64,000 bases of DNA. Source: an uncultured Candidatus Saccharibacteria bacterium. Lineage in GTDB: Bacteria; Patescibacteriota; Saccharimonadia; CAILAD01; BJGX01. Under the pieces are notes generated by a model. The model was given only the letters and a program-made list of their open reading frames with translations. It did no database searches and was not told the origin of the DNA. Positions within the stretch are counted from its first letter, which is position 1. Each line of letters begins with the position of its first letter. This document shows positions 38,508-49,216 of the stretch, one piece after another. A program made the translations under genes and the position numbers. Where the stretch lies: positions 8,345 to 72,344 of the forward strand of contig CAYMHI010000001.1 of the NCBI GenBank assembly GCA_964390265.1, given 5' to 3'.

Positions 38508-38969
38508 CTACTCTTGTGGTCTAACGGCAAGGAGAATATCGTAATTGCCATTTACCAGACTGGCATTGTGTGTTACGGCCTGCACTTGAGCGTAGGCTCC
38601 AGTAGTCAGGCCATCTTGGTCGCGCAGTGCCCGTGAGTGTGTCTGTCCTCGCCTGAGCCTACTCAGTCTTAAGCGGCGCTCACTGCCGTTGTGGGCTTGC
38701 ATGAAGTGAATAAGTAGTCTGTGTTCGGCAACAGCTAGCGAAACATGAGCAAATAGAGTTAACTGCCAGTGCTCTACTGATGGATCGAATGGGCAAACGT
38801 ATTGCACAACCGGCCAGGGGCAGGTGATGCGTTCCTCGTCTCTGACTTGGTAGGTCAAGGCTTTCTCCTTTGGCGTAGTGATTAGGTGCTGCGCTATATA
38901 GTACCATTTATTAGCACTATTTACAATTATTTTGCTGCGCCTATCTGTAGTACAATAAGCGTATGACAC
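38508..38969 (-). CDS. Uncertain ORF in an anomalously GC-rich segment (about 55 percent). It is either a foreign small gene or non-coding.
   Basis: 153-aa ORF whose start would overlap the divergent pcrA start by 7 nt. Composition is atypical for the window. Confidence 0.25.
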   Translation of the reverse strand: MSYAYCTTDRRSKIIVNSANKWYYIAQHLITTPKEKALTYQVRDEERITCPWPVVQYVCPFDPSVEHWQLTLFAHVSLAVAEHRLLIHFMQAHNGSERRLRLSRLRRGQTHSRALRDQDGLTTGAYAQVQAVTHNASLVNGNYDILLAVRPQE

Positions 38970-41119
38970 AAGTTTTAGATAGTTTAAACGAAGAGCAGCG
39001 CGAGGCGGTATTAGCTACCGAGGGGCCAGTCTTAATGCTAGCAGGTGCTGGTAGTGGAAAAACTAAAACCCTCACCCATCGTCTGGCGTATTTAGTACAA
39101 GAAAAAAAGGTCGACCCAGCAAATATCTTGGCGGTAACTTTTACCAACAAAGCCGCCGGCGAGATGCGCCGTAGAGTAGCAAGAATATTAAAGTTCGATG
39201 AAGACAATACCCAGTATATGCCATTCTTAGGTACCTTTCACTCAATAGCAAATAAAATTTTACGACGCGAGGCTGCGCAGATTGGTTACAGTAGCAATTT
39301 TATTATTTACGATTCAACCGATAGTCATGCACTTATCAAAAAGATTATCAAAGACCTTAAGCTTGATGAAAAACAAATTACCCCCAATGGCGTGGCCAAT
39401 GTAATATCGAGCGCCAAAAACGAACTCATTGGCCCGGGTGAATACAAACGCTTTGCGACTGGACGACTCCAAGAGGTAGCTGCCGATATATACCCTCGCT
39501 ACCAGCTCGAGCTACAAAAGGCCGAGGCTATGGATTTTGATGATCTAATTATGAAATTAACGATAATGCTCGAGGAGCAAAAAGAAATTAGAGACAAATA
39601 TCAGCATCAGTTTCAATACATAATGGTAGACGAGTACCAAGACACAAACCATGCTCAATACAAACTTATTCAAATACTTGGTTCACAACATCAAAATGTC
39701 TGTGTAGTAGGCGATGACTGGCAAAGCATTTACTCATGGCGGGGCGCTAATTACGAAAATATATTAAACTTTGAAAAAGATTATCCCGAGGCCAAAATAG
39801 TTAAACTTGAGCGTAATTACCGCAGTACCCAGACCATTCTAGATGCTGCCGGAGCAGTGATAAGTAAAAACTCGGCCCGCTCAGACAAAAAGCTTTGGAC
39901 CGACGCCACACAGGGTGAAAAAATTCAAGCTGTGTCGGTGCGAGATGAGCTAGAAGAAGGGCGCTATATTGTCCATACTATTCAAGAGGTAATTAAACTC
40001 AACCCACGCCTAAGCTTGCACGACTTTGCTGTACTTTACCGCACCAATGCCCAGTCGCGCAGCTTAGAAGAATCATTTCTGCGTTATGGTCTTGCCTATC
40101 AAATAATTGGTGGGGTAAGGTTTTATGAACGTAAAGAAATTAAAGATACCTTGGCCTATTTGCGCTTTATATTTCAACCCAATGACCAAGTTAGCCTATA
40201 CAGAATTATCAATCTGCCGCCGCGCGGCTTGGGTGAAAAAAGTTTACAAACCTTCTTTGACTACTCAGCCAAATTTGAGCTGCCCATACTCGAGGCTATG
40301 GCGCAAGCCAACAAGATAGAAGGCCTAAGTGCCAAGGCAACATCTAGCCTGGCCCAGTTTGCTACCACTATAGTTGGCCTGCAAGACCAAATTGGTACTC
40401 TGGTAGTTAGCGAGTTTATAGAGGCCGTGCTAAAGCGCACTGGTTACCTAGAATATTTAGACGACGGTACTATTAGTGCTAGCGAGCGAGTAGGAAACGT
40501 TCGCGAGCTACTAAGTGTAGCAAAAGCCTATAACAATCTAAGCCTAGAAGAATTCTTAACAGAGATAAGCCTAATATCAGATCTTGATAGTCTGCGTGAT
40601 AGTAACGGCGCAGTTACGTTAATGACTCTGCACTCTGCAAAGGGGTTAGAGTTTGACACCGTCTTTATGGTTGGTTTAGAGGAAGGTATATTCCCACACA
40701 GCCGTACGTTTTTTGAACCCAGTGAACTTGAAGAAGAGCGGCGACTTTGTTACGTGGGTATGACGCGAGCCAAGCATAGATTATATATGCTAAGTGCTAA
40801 TGCCAGACTTTTGTACGGTACCACCCAGCATAATGTTCCCTCGCGGTTTTTATCTGAAATACCTGCCGATTTAATTAGCCACAGCGGAAAGATAGATACA
40901 CAATTTCATGGATCACAAAGTAGCGTAGATAACACCAGTGCTTTTGACGACGAGCCATTTGTTGAAATACCACAACTCAAGCCTGGCGATAAAGTTCACC
41001 ACGCAACTTTTGGCAACGGCTCGGTTATAAAAATTGATGAGCTTGAGGCTAGTATAAATTTTAAATCGGTAGGTCAAAAAACTCTCAATCTTAACTTTGC
41101 TAATGTGACCAAACTTTGA
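38963..41119 (+). CDS. pcrA: ATP-dependent DNA helicase PcrA/UvrD
   Basis: GAGSGKT Walker A, DEYQDTN, the UvrD-family motifs and the C-terminal Tudor-like tail. Confidence 0.9.
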   Translation: MTQVLDSLNEEQREAVLATEGPVLMLAGAGSGKTKTLTHRLAYLVQEKKVDPANILAVTFTNKAAGEMRRRVARILKFDEDNTQYMPFLGTFHSIANKILRREAAQIGYSSNFIIYDSTDSHALIKKIIKDLKLDEKQITPNGVANVISSAKNELIGPGEYKRFATGRLQEVAADIYPRYQLELQKAEAMDFDDLIMKLTIMLEEQKEIRDKYQHQFQYIMVDEYQDTNHAQYKLIQILGSQHQNVCVVGDDWQSIYSWRGANYENILNFEKDYPEAKIVKLERNYRSTQTILDAAGAVISKNSARSDKKLWTDATQGEKIQAVSVRDELEEGRYIVHTIQEVIKLNPRLSLHDFAVLYRTNAQSRSLEESFLRYGLAYQIIGGVRFYERKEIKDTLAYLRFIFQPNDQVSLYRIINLPPRGLGEKSLQTFFDYSAKFELPILEAMAQANKIEGLSAKATSSLAQFATTIVGLQDQIGTLVVSEFIEAVLKRTGYLEYLDDGTISASERVGNVRELLSVAKAYNNLSLEEFLTEISLISDLDSLRDSNGAVTLMTLHSAKGLEFDTVFMVGLEEGIFPHSRTFFEPSELEEERRLCYVGMTRAKHRLYMLSANARLLYGTTQHNVPSRFLSEIPADLISHSGKIDTQFHGSQSSVDNTSAFDDEPFVEIPQLKPGDKVHHATFGNGSVIKIDELEASINFKSVGQKTLNLNFANVTKL

Positions 41120-41236
41120 TCTTAATGCGAACACAAATAGTCCGCTAGTCAAGATTGACAGCCCAAAGCATAAGAGAGTACAATACTTATCAGGTAAAAA
41201 ACAAAAACATTTTTTAGTAATAAACTTAAAAGTTTT

Positions 41237-42448
41237 GTGAGGCAAATTATTTTACCCAAGCTGCGTGTGAGCGATATTCAGAGAGCTACACATAAAACAA
41301 CAATAGCAAAATCAAATATTGTAAAATCAAAGCCATACACAATCAAAAGAGGACTGATTGTTGCAGGGCTTATTTTTATTTTTATGACACTTAGTTTTAA
41401 TTGGTCTCACGATCAATTTACTAGCAATACTACCGCACTAGCTAGTGATCAGAACTTGGTATCTGTTTACTATGACGGACAAAATAAAACCGTCGCAACT
41501 TCAGCTACAACCGTGGGAGAGGCTCTTGATAAAATGGGTATAAAGCTACAAAAGGGTGATGTCGTCGAGCCAGCGTTAAACGAGTCTATAACTATGGGCG
41601 TTACCAATGTAAATGTGTATAGAGCCTACACCTATCAAATAAGTGATGGCAACAAAGACATTACAGTAACATCTGGCTATCGTACACCCAAAAAAGTGAT
41701 AGAACAGGCCGGGATAAAAATATACCCCGAAGATATTGTTGAATCTGAGAGAGTAGATGAGTTTGTTCAGAGCGAATCGGTTGGGCAACAATTAGTAATA
41801 AAACGCGCAACTCCAGTCACAGTTGTGTTGGCTGGTAAAACTTTTGAGTTTAGAACTCACGCCAAAACCGTCGCAGAACTTATTGAAGAAAAACGACTCG
41901 ATGTAAACGCAAGTGACGGCATTAATATACCTATCTACAGCAAGCTCGAGCCAGGAATGAAAATAATTGTAAGTCAAACCTCTCAAAGGCTTGTTTCTGT
42001 AGAGTCGGTAATTGCACAAACCACAGTTAACCAAACTGACGAAACAAAACCCGTGGGTTATAGTGCCGTTGTAGACCCAGGTAGTCCAGGTAAGAAAGTT
42101 ACTAGCTACTTAGTAACCGAAAGTGATGGGGTTGAACAATCTAGAAGTTTATTTGAAGAGAAAATTACTGTCGAGGCCAAACCCAAAGTGGTTGTTAATG
42201 GTCCGGCAGCACTAAATTCTAACGGCTGGGAACAGCTCAGAATGTGTGAATCGGGTAACAATTACGCAAACAAGCGTAACCCTAAGTATCGCGGAGCTTA
42301 CCAATTTGATTTCTCTACCTGGAATAATTATGGTGGTTACTACGACCCTGCAGATGCTCCACCAGCTGTACAAGACGCAAAGGCTTTAGCTACCTATAAA
42401 GCTCGCGGTGCAAGCCCGTGGCCACTGTGTGGCCGGTATCTTAAGTAG
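41237..42448 (+). CDS. RpfB-like protein (DUF348, G5 and resuscitation-promoting-factor transglycosylase domains)
   Basis: TM anchor. C-terminal WEQLRMCESGNNYANKRNPKYRGAYQFDFSTW Rpf catalytic motif. Confidence 0.75.
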   Translation: MRQIILPKLRVSDIQRATHKTTIAKSNIVKSKPYTIKRGLIVAGLIFIFMTLSFNWSHDQFTSNTTALASDQNLVSVYYDGQNKTVATSATTVGEALDKMGIKLQKGDVVEPALNESITMGVTNVNVYRAYTYQISDGNKDITVTSGYRTPKKVIEQAGIKIYPEDIVESERVDEFVQSESVGQQLVIKRATPVTVVLAGKTFEFRTHAKTVAELIEEKRLDVNASDGINIPIYSKLEPGMKIIVSQTSQRLVSVESVIAQTTVNQTDETKPVGYSAVVDPGSPGKKVTSYLVTESDGVEQSRSLFEEKITVEAKPKVVVNGPAALNSNGWEQLRMCESGNNYANKRNPKYRGAYQFDFSTWNNYGGYYDPADAPPAVQDAKALATYKARGASPWPLCGRYLK

Positions 42449-42593
42449 AAGCTAGACGTTTGATGCCCCATGTTAGTTTAAAAATCTATCATTCCTACAA
42501 CGTTATGTGAACAAGACCAAACAGATTACTATAAAAGCCCCACTGCATAAAATGTTGAAGTTAAACACTATAAAGACTTTTTTGCTATGATTA

Positions 42594-43406
42594 GTGTATA
42601 TGCAAAAAAAGAGTTACTCTAGTAATAAAACTAAGAAATCACTTGGTCAACATTGGCTGTTTGATAAGCCTACCCTACAAACTATAGTTGATACGGCTGG
42701 TATAAATGCAGATGAGGCCATATTGGAGATAGGGCCTGGTCGTGGTTCGCTTACCGAGCTACTGGCACAAAAAGCCAAACAGGTTTTTGCAATAGAAAAA
42801 GACACCGACTTAATTTCTGGCTTAAAAACTATTTTTGCATTGCAAAAAAACGTCCAGATAATTGAGGACGATATACTAGGCTTCAATTTAACTAAGCTAC
42901 CCAAAGACTACAAAGTAGTTGCCAACATACCCTACTACCTTACCTCGGCCCTTATTAGGACACTACTAGAAAGCACTAATCCGCCAAGCTCCATGACCCT
43001 ACTTATTCAAAAAGAAGTAGCCCAGAGTATTGTTGCCGAGCCAGGCCAAATGTCTGTATTGGCTATTAGCGTTCAGTTATATGCAAGGCCACAAATAATT
43101 TCAATAGTTACCAAAGATAAATTTCATCCGCCACCCAAAGTAGACTCAGCAATTATTAGTATTGTACGGCAAAACAAACTAACCATAGATGTGAACCCTG
43201 CTAAATTTATGCGTCTGGTAAAAGCTGGTTTTTCTCAAAAACGCAAAACGCTTCGTAATAGCCTCTCAGGTGGCTTACATATTAGTGGTGCTGAAGCCGA
43301 AGCATTACTTACTAGCGCCAAAATCGCATTTACTACTCGAGCTCAAGAGTTGAGCCTATCTCAGTGGAAGAACCTATACGATCAATTTGTAACTAATTAT
43401 TCTTAA
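42594..43406 (+). CDS. rsmA: 16S rRNA (adenine1518/1519-N6)-dimethyltransferase RsmA/KsgA
   Basis: LGQHWL...EIGPGRGSLT and NIPY motifs. Confidence 0.85.
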   Translation: MYMQKKSYSSNKTKKSLGQHWLFDKPTLQTIVDTAGINADEAILEIGPGRGSLTELLAQKAKQVFAIEKDTDLISGLKTIFALQKNVQIIEDDILGFNLTKLPKDYKVVANIPYYLTSALIRTLLESTNPPSSMTLLIQKEVAQSIVAEPGQMSVLAISVQLYARPQIISIVTKDKFHPPPKVDSAIISIVRQNKLTIDVNPAKFMRLVKAGFSQKRKTLRNSLSGGLHISGAEAEALLTSAKIAFTTRAQELSLSQWKNLYDQFVTNYS

Positions 43407-43448
43407 GTAGTAACTGTTATAACAAAATCAGATGAGGCTTATGCTAAA

Positions 43449-45419
43449 ATGTATAGTATGAAATTTAGAGAGGCATTTGGCCGCCTAACCTGGTTGGCGC
43501 TCATCACATTTATTGGTGTAAGTATATTATTATTTGGGCTACCGACTAAGTTAAATGCAGCAGAGGAGTTTAGTTATGATGTTGCAGCAGTGTACCACGT
43601 TCAAACAGACTCCACCACTCGAGTAGAAGAAACCTATACTGTTACCAACAATGTAGATAATCGCTATCTTGAAGGTATACAACTCTCGGCCCCTGTAGAT
43701 GATACCAAAAACGTATCAGTTGAATATGCCGATGGCACCAACATACCATTTACCACAGAGCTTAAAAAATCTGAGAGTCAAGGCTATAGCTACAATTACA
43801 CCGAAATAAAGATACAATTTAGCAGGTCAAATAATGGTCGTGGAGCTAAATGGAAATTTATTGTCAGCTACGATACCAACAAGCTTGCCGAATCCAAAGG
43901 CAGCGCACACACCGTCAGTGTTCCTGCCGTGCCACAAGACAACACTAGCGAATACTCTATTACACTCTATGTGCCACAAGAATTTGGTGTTATGCATACC
44001 ACTGGCGTAGAGCCAACAAGTCTGGGTGGCTCACGTGGTGAATCGGTGTATAGATACGACAATAAATCACTGTTAAAAAAGTCCTCTCTATTAGTTTTTG
44101 GTGACAGCACCATATATGAGGTAAATTTTAAGTATCCACTCAATAATGATTCTAGTTTTACTGCTAGTATGACTATTACATTACCGCCCAATACCTCTGG
44201 TCAACAGATATATATCAAAAATCTAGATCCTCAACCCAAATCAACGCGTTTAGATGGTGATGGCAACGTAATTGCTCAATACGATGTTCCGGCGCGCACC
44301 AAAATCACGGTAAATGCCGATGTAGTGGGTTTGATAAGTTATATAGACTACAATCTCTCAGCTAGTGGCACCAAAGCCGATATTCCAAAAGACTTGGTAG
44401 CAACCTACACTAGCTCGCAACAGTATTGGCCAGCCAATGACCCGTCAATTGTCGCCAAAGCCCGGGAGTTAACCAAAGATAAAAAAACTGTTGCCGACCA
44501 AGTAAAGGCTATTAATGATTATGTAGTATCTAAGCTAAGCTACAACAATGAGAAAATTAAATATAATATTCGCCAAGGGGGTCTTAAAGCTCTACAAAAC
44601 CCCACGAATGTAGTCTGCCTGGAATATTCAGACTCCACCATTAGCTTGCTGCGAGCCGCCGGAATACCTGCGCGCATGCCAATTGGCTATGGTTATTCAG
44701 GCAGCCTTAAGCAATCCAACTCTGTCAATGATTCGCTGCACTCTTGGGTGCAAGCCTATGTGCCCAATATTGGCTGGATGAATATTGACCCTACCTGGAA
44801 TGAAAAATTTGATAATTTTGGTTCGAGCGACCTTGATCACTTTACTTTTGCTTTGTGGGGAGTGAGCGACAACACGCCAGCACCAGTTATGCAGAACGGC
44901 AAAGATACCAACTATCAGTACGAGGATACTACTATTGCCTACAAAAGTACGCCACCGGTTTTGCAACCAAGTAGTAAAATGACCGTTCAAAAATGGGTGT
45001 TGTTACCGTTCGTAGGGCTAACCAAGTTTGATGTGGTAGCTCCAAGTACTACAGCAGGCGATAACTATATTATCACTACCAGACAAGGCACCCAAAAAGA
45101 CACTATAGAGCTTGGGTCGCTTGCACCAGCCCAAAGTCGTAGTCGTGCAGTTTTTATCGTGGGTGCTGCGGCGTGGGGAAGTGTGAGTGCCGATTTTACT
45201 CAAAGCGGAAACGCATCGGTAATACTAGCCAGCACCAAAGTAAATGCCCAGAGCTGGCCAATGTGGTTACTACTGATTGTGACAGCTGGAATAGTTACGC
45301 TATTTCTGATACAATCCAATTTACGAAAAAAACACAAGCTTAGTAAAATAACCGCCAAGCCAGTACCGACCATTAAAACCGCACCAGAGGAAAGCAGCAG
45401 TGAAAAACCCACCAAATAA
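43449..45419 (+). CDS. Transglutaminase-like domain membrane/surface protein
   Basis: Signal/TM. Cys-His-Asp core (VCLEYS...HSWVQAYVPNIGWMNIDPT). C-terminal TM. Confidence 0.7.
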   Translation: MYSMKFREAFGRLTWLALITFIGVSILLFGLPTKLNAAEEFSYDVAAVYHVQTDSTTRVEETYTVTNNVDNRYLEGIQLSAPVDDTKNVSVEYADGTNIPFTTELKKSESQGYSYNYTEIKIQFSRSNNGRGAKWKFIVSYDTNKLAESKGSAHTVSVPAVPQDNTSEYSITLYVPQEFGVMHTTGVEPTSLGGSRGESVYRYDNKSLLKKSSLLVFGDSTIYEVNFKYPLNNDSSFTASMTITLPPNTSGQQIYIKNLDPQPKSTRLDGDGNVIAQYDVPARTKITVNADVVGLISYIDYNLSASGTKADIPKDLVATYTSSQQYWPANDPSIVAKARELTKDKKTVADQVKAINDYVVSKLSYNNEKIKYNIRQGGLKALQNPTNVVCLEYSDSTISLLRAAGIPARMPIGYGYSGSLKQSNSVNDSLHSWVQAYVPNIGWMNIDPTWNEKFDNFGSSDLDHFTFALWGVSDNTPAPVMQNGKDTNYQYEDTTIAYKSTPPVLQPSSKMTVQKWVLLPFVGLTKFDVVAPSTTAGDNYIITTRQGTQKDTIELGSLAPAQSRSRAVFIVGAAAWGSVSADFTQSGNASVILASTKVNAQSWPMWLLLIVTAGIVTLFLIQSNLRKKHKLSKITAKPVPTIKTAPEESSSEKPTK

Positions 45420-46830
45420 TACATTCTATGTAACGACCTCAATCCCATACGTGAACGACAAGCCACATATTGGACATCTCTTAGAATTTATACAAGCCGA
45501 CGTCTTAGCTCGCTACCACCGCGGCATAGGTGACGATACTTTTTTATTGACTGGTACCGATGAGCATGGCCAAAAGATATTTGAAGCGGCTCAAAAAGCT
45601 AATGTAGACACCAAGACTTTTGCCGCCAAAAACTCAGAGCTATTTTTGGAAATGGCTAAGCTAGCGGGAATGTCTAACGATTACTTTGTTCGTACCACAG
45701 ATCAACGTCACAAAGATGCGGCTCAAAAAATATGGCAAGCTTGCCAAAAGGATATTTATAAAGGCACATACTCGGGATTATATTGCACTGGTTGCGAGCA
45801 GTATTACACACAACGAGAAAGCGTTGATGGTAACTGCCCAATCCACCATACTAGCTTAGAAAATTTAGAAATGGAAAGTTACTTTTTTGCTTTGAGTAAG
45901 TATCAATCAGAAATATCCAGACTAATTGAAAATAACGAGCTACAAATAATTCCCCAAAAGCGTCGTAATGAAATGGCTCAATTTGCCAAAAATCTTGAAG
46001 ATGTAAGTATTTCAAGGCCCAAAACTGCTCTTAAATGGGGGGTGGAGGTGCCGGACGACCCCAGCCATGTCATGTATGTGTGGTTTGATGCACTCACCAA
46101 CTACATATCGGCTGTTGGCTATAGCGATGACACCAAGATGTTTGATAATTTCTGGCCTGCCGATGTTCATATAATTGGAAAAGACATAGCGCGCTTTCAC
46201 TGCCTACTTTGGCCCGCCATGCTTTTGAGTGCCGGTTTGCAGCCTCCAAAAAAAGTATATATTCACGGTTTTATACAAAGCGGAAATCAAAAAATGAGTA
46301 AAAGTCTAGGGAATGTTATTGACCCAAAAGAATACATGAATAAGTATGGGGTTGATCCTCTTCGTTATTATTTACTTAGATATATTCCATATGATAACGA
46401 TGGCGATTTCACCGACGAGCGATTTGTGGAGATGTACAATTCAGACTTAGCCAACAACCTTGGTAACTTGGTGGCACGTACTGCTACTATGCTTTCTAAA
46501 TATTGCGGGGGCAAGTTTAATCGAGTTGAAACAATACAAATTAGTGGCCTTGAAGACGATATTGCTGACTGCGCATTTAATAAATATTTAGATAAACTAT
46601 TTAATCGACTAGATAGTCTTAATGCAGCAATTGAACAAAACAAACCATGGGAAATGATAAACAACGATAAATCCAAAACCGAAGAGTTTTTGAGTAGCCT
46701 AGCTTGCGAGATCGATGTCATTGCTAACAAGCTAAGACCATTTATGCCAAGCACTGCCGATAAAATTACTCAAACTTTTAAACACGATCAAGTAGATTTG
46801 TCAGTGGGCAATCTTTTTCCCAGACTATAA
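45400..46830 (+). CDS. metG: Methionyl-tRNA synthetase (short form)
   Basis: HIGH (PHIGHLL) and KMSKS (QKMSKSLGN) motifs, with the zinc knuckle CTGCEQYY...CPIHH. Confidence 0.9.
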   Translation: MKNPPNNTFYVTTSIPYVNDKPHIGHLLEFIQADVLARYHRGIGDDTFLLTGTDEHGQKIFEAAQKANVDTKTFAAKNSELFLEMAKLAGMSNDYFVRTTDQRHKDAAQKIWQACQKDIYKGTYSGLYCTGCEQYYTQRESVDGNCPIHHTSLENLEMESYFFALSKYQSEISRLIENNELQIIPQKRRNEMAQFAKNLEDVSISRPKTALKWGVEVPDDPSHVMYVWFDALTNYISAVGYSDDTKMFDNFWPADVHIIGKDIARFHCLLWPAMLLSAGLQPPKKVYIHGFIQSGNQKMSKSLGNVIDPKEYMNKYGVDPLRYYLLRYIPYDNDGDFTDERFVEMYNSDLANNLGNLVARTATMLSKYCGGKFNRVETIQISGLEDDIADCAFNKYLDKLFNRLDSLNAAIEQNKPWEMINNDKSKTEEFLSSLACEIDVIANKLRPFMPSTADKITQTFKHDQVDLSVGNLFPRL

Positions 46831-46851
46831 ATATGCTTAGGAGAATTATAA

Positions 46852-47283
46852 ATGAATAAAGATAAAATATATCAATTTATTAAATCAGAAAAATACGCCG
46901 TAATTTCATCTATTAACAACGCCAGTCATCCTGAGTCTGCTTTGGTGGCATTTTCAGAAAAAGAAGAGCTCGAGATAATTTTCGCTAGCAATGATAGTAG
47001 CCGTAAAATTCAAAATATTTTACTCAACCCTAATGTATCGCTTGTAATTGGCTTTGGCAAAGACCATCTTACTAGCGTACAAATAGAGGGAACGGCAAGA
47101 ATATTAAAATTAGAAGACGCCGAAGAGTATGTAGAGCTTCACACTCAAAAACAGCCTGAATTTAAAGAGTTAATTCATTATGAAGGTGAATGTGTAGTAG
47201 TACTCACTCCTTTTTGGGCTCGTTACACAAACTATTCTAGTAAAACACCAGAAATATTTGAGGAATATTACGGTGCTGATTGA
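46852..47283 (+). CDS. PNPOx-like FMN-binding split-barrel protein
   Basis: 143 aa in the general-stress-protein-26 / pyridoxamine-phosphate-oxidase-like pattern. Confidence 0.6.
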   Translation: MNKDKIYQFIKSEKYAVISSINNASHPESALVAFSEKEELEIIFASNDSSRKIQNILLNPNVSLVIGFGKDHLTSVQIEGTARILKLEDAEEYVELHTQKQPEFKELIHYEGECVVVLTPFWARYTNYSSKTPEIFEEYYGAD

Positions 47284-48064
47284 TAGTCACGCCCATATTC
47301 ATTTTGATGATTATAGCCAAGAAATCCTAAATGTTTTAGACAATGCCAAACAAGTTGGTATTGAGGCGATTATTACTGTAGGGACTAATCAAGACGACTC
47401 ACAAAAGGCAATCGATTTTGCCCTCAACGCCAATACCGTTGCTGTGGCAAAACCAATTAAGTTATATGCCACAGCCGGTATACATCCGCACGATGCAAGC
47501 AATGGACGAGAGGGATTTGAGTATATAAAAGTATTAATTGAAAATAAAAAATATAAAGATGTTTTGGTAGCCATTGGTGAATGTGGCCTAGACTATTTTA
47601 AGAATCTATCGTCTAAGCACGATCAAACAAAAATGCTTGAGTGGCAACTTGAGCTGGCAATGGAGTATAATTTGCCGGTTGTTTTTCATGTCCGCGATGC
47701 TTGGCAAGATTATTTTGCTATTCTCAAAAACTACCCAGACATTCGGGGAGTGATACATAGTTTTACTGGTAGCTCAAGCGAGATTGAGCAAGCTTTGCAA
47801 TATAATTTGTACTTTGGCCTTAACGGTATAGTCACTTTTACCAAAGATTTTGCACAGCTAGAAGCTATCAAAAATATTCCCAACCAAAAGATATTGTTAG
47901 AAACCGACTGTCCATTTTTGACACCTGTGCCGCATCGAGGTAAGCGAAACGAGCCAAGCTACCTATCGGTAATAGGTAAATTTTTGGCCGAACTTAAAAA
48001 TGAAGACTATACTGAATTGACTACGCAATTTACTGCCAACACCAAGGAGTTATTTAGTATATGA
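47258..48064 (+). CDS. tatD: TatD-family metal-dependent deoxyribonuclease
   Basis: DSHAHIHF, GECGLDY and HVRDA motifs. Confidence 0.85.
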   Translation: MRNITVLIDSHAHIHFDDYSQEILNVLDNAKQVGIEAIITVGTNQDDSQKAIDFALNANTVAVAKPIKLYATAGIHPHDASNGREGFEYIKVLIENKKYKDVLVAIGECGLDYFKNLSSKHDQTKMLEWQLELAMEYNLPVVFHVRDAWQDYFAILKNYPDIRGVIHSFTGSSSEIEQALQYNLYFGLNGIVTFTKDFAQLEAIKNIPNQKILLETDCPFLTPVPHRGKRNEPSYLSVIGKFLAELKNEDYTELTTQFTANTKELFSI

Positions 48065-49206
48065 ACCACAGAATTTATTTAGATTATGCCGCCTCTACAC
48101 CTACAGACAGGGCGGTGGTTCAAGCAATGCATGCAGCCGAAAATAACTTTGCCAACCCCAGTGCGCAATATGCTTCAGCCCGAGAAGCTGCCAAAATGAT
48201 TTCTATAGCCAGAAAGCAAATAGCTACATTCTTTGGAGCCAACAGCGAGGAGATAGTTTTTACCAGTGGTGCTACAGAATCTAATAATTTAGCAATTTTA
48301 GGTGTAGCGCGTGCCAGCAAAAAAGGTCAAATAATTTCTATTGCTACTGAGCACGCCTCTGTGAGAGAGCCACTGCGCCAACTCGCCAAAGAAGGCTATG
48401 AAGTTTTATGGTGTAAAATTGACGGTAATGGGCGAATCAGCTTAACTGAATTTGAGAAGCTACTTAATTACGATACTATTTTGGTAACTGTTAATTATGC
48501 TAGCAGCGAGATAGGTACTGTTCAACAAATAGCTAAACTTTCTAAAATAATTAAACGCCATGAACAATCTAATGGCACTAAGGTGGTGTTTCATACCGAT
48601 GCCAGCGCAGCTGCACCAATTTTAAATTGTGATGTTAGCCGTCTAGGTGTTGATCTTATGACGGTAGGTGGATCAAAAATATATGGCCCCAAAGCTATTG
48701 GGCTTCTGTATGTGAAGCGTGGCACCCAAATCAGCCCGATAATATTTGGAGGCAAACAAGAGGGTGGTGTGCGTTCTGGCAATCAAAACACCGCTCAAAT
48801 TATTGGGCTGGCTAAAGCCATACAAATAGTAACAAGCAAACACAAACAAGACTCTGATAATTACCGCGAACTCTACACCAATTTGATGCACAATTTAAGC
48901 TTTGACATTGAGTTGATAGAAAACGGACACCCCAAAGATAGAATATTTTCAGTTTGTAGTTTTTGTATCAAGAATGTTAACGGTGAAGACGTGGTAGCTT
49001 ACCTAGATGCAGCCGGCTTTGAGGTAGCGACGGGTGCGGCCTGCGAGGCATCTAGCCATCAGCCTAGCCCGGCGTTACTAGCCATAGGAAGATCAAAGCA
49101 AGAGGCCAATGGTAGCTTGAGGGTTTCGTTTGGTCGCTCTACCAACCACAAAGACATCGATAATTTCTGTAAAAGTCTCAAAAATACCTTAAATGCGTTA
49201 AAATAG
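48061..49206 (+). CDS. Cysteine desulfurase (class V aminotransferase, IscS/NifS-like)
   Basis: YLDYAASTP, a PLP-Lys region (GGSKIYGPKAIGLLYV) and a Cys loop (ATGAACEAS). Confidence 0.85.
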   Translation: MNHRIYLDYAASTPTDRAVVQAMHAAENNFANPSAQYASAREAAKMISIARKQIATFFGANSEEIVFTSGATESNNLAILGVARASKKGQIISIATEHASVREPLRQLAKEGYEVLWCKIDGNGRISLTEFEKLLNYDTILVTVNYASSEIGTVQQIAKLSKIIKRHEQSNGTKVVFHTDASAAAPILNCDVSRLGVDLMTVGGSKIYGPKAIGLLYVKRGTQISPIIFGGKQEGGVRSGNQNTAQIIGLAKAIQIVTSKHKQDSDNYRELYTNLMHNLSFDIELIENGHPKDRIFSVCSFCIKNVNGEDVVAYLDAAGFEVATGAACEASSHQPSPALLAIGRSKQEANGSLRVSFGRSTNHKDIDNFCKSLKNTLNALK

Positions 49207-49216
49207 GTAGCGAGAT

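Noticed and set aside
38490-38969. GC-rich segment as RNase P RNA, tmRNA or SRP RNA
   Set aside because: On neither strand did I find the GGAAAGUCCGG / ACAGAANCCGGCUUA boxes, a tmRNA tag-reading-frame with a tRNA-like 3' end, or the SRP domain IV motif. The segment is kept only as an unexplained GC anomaly.
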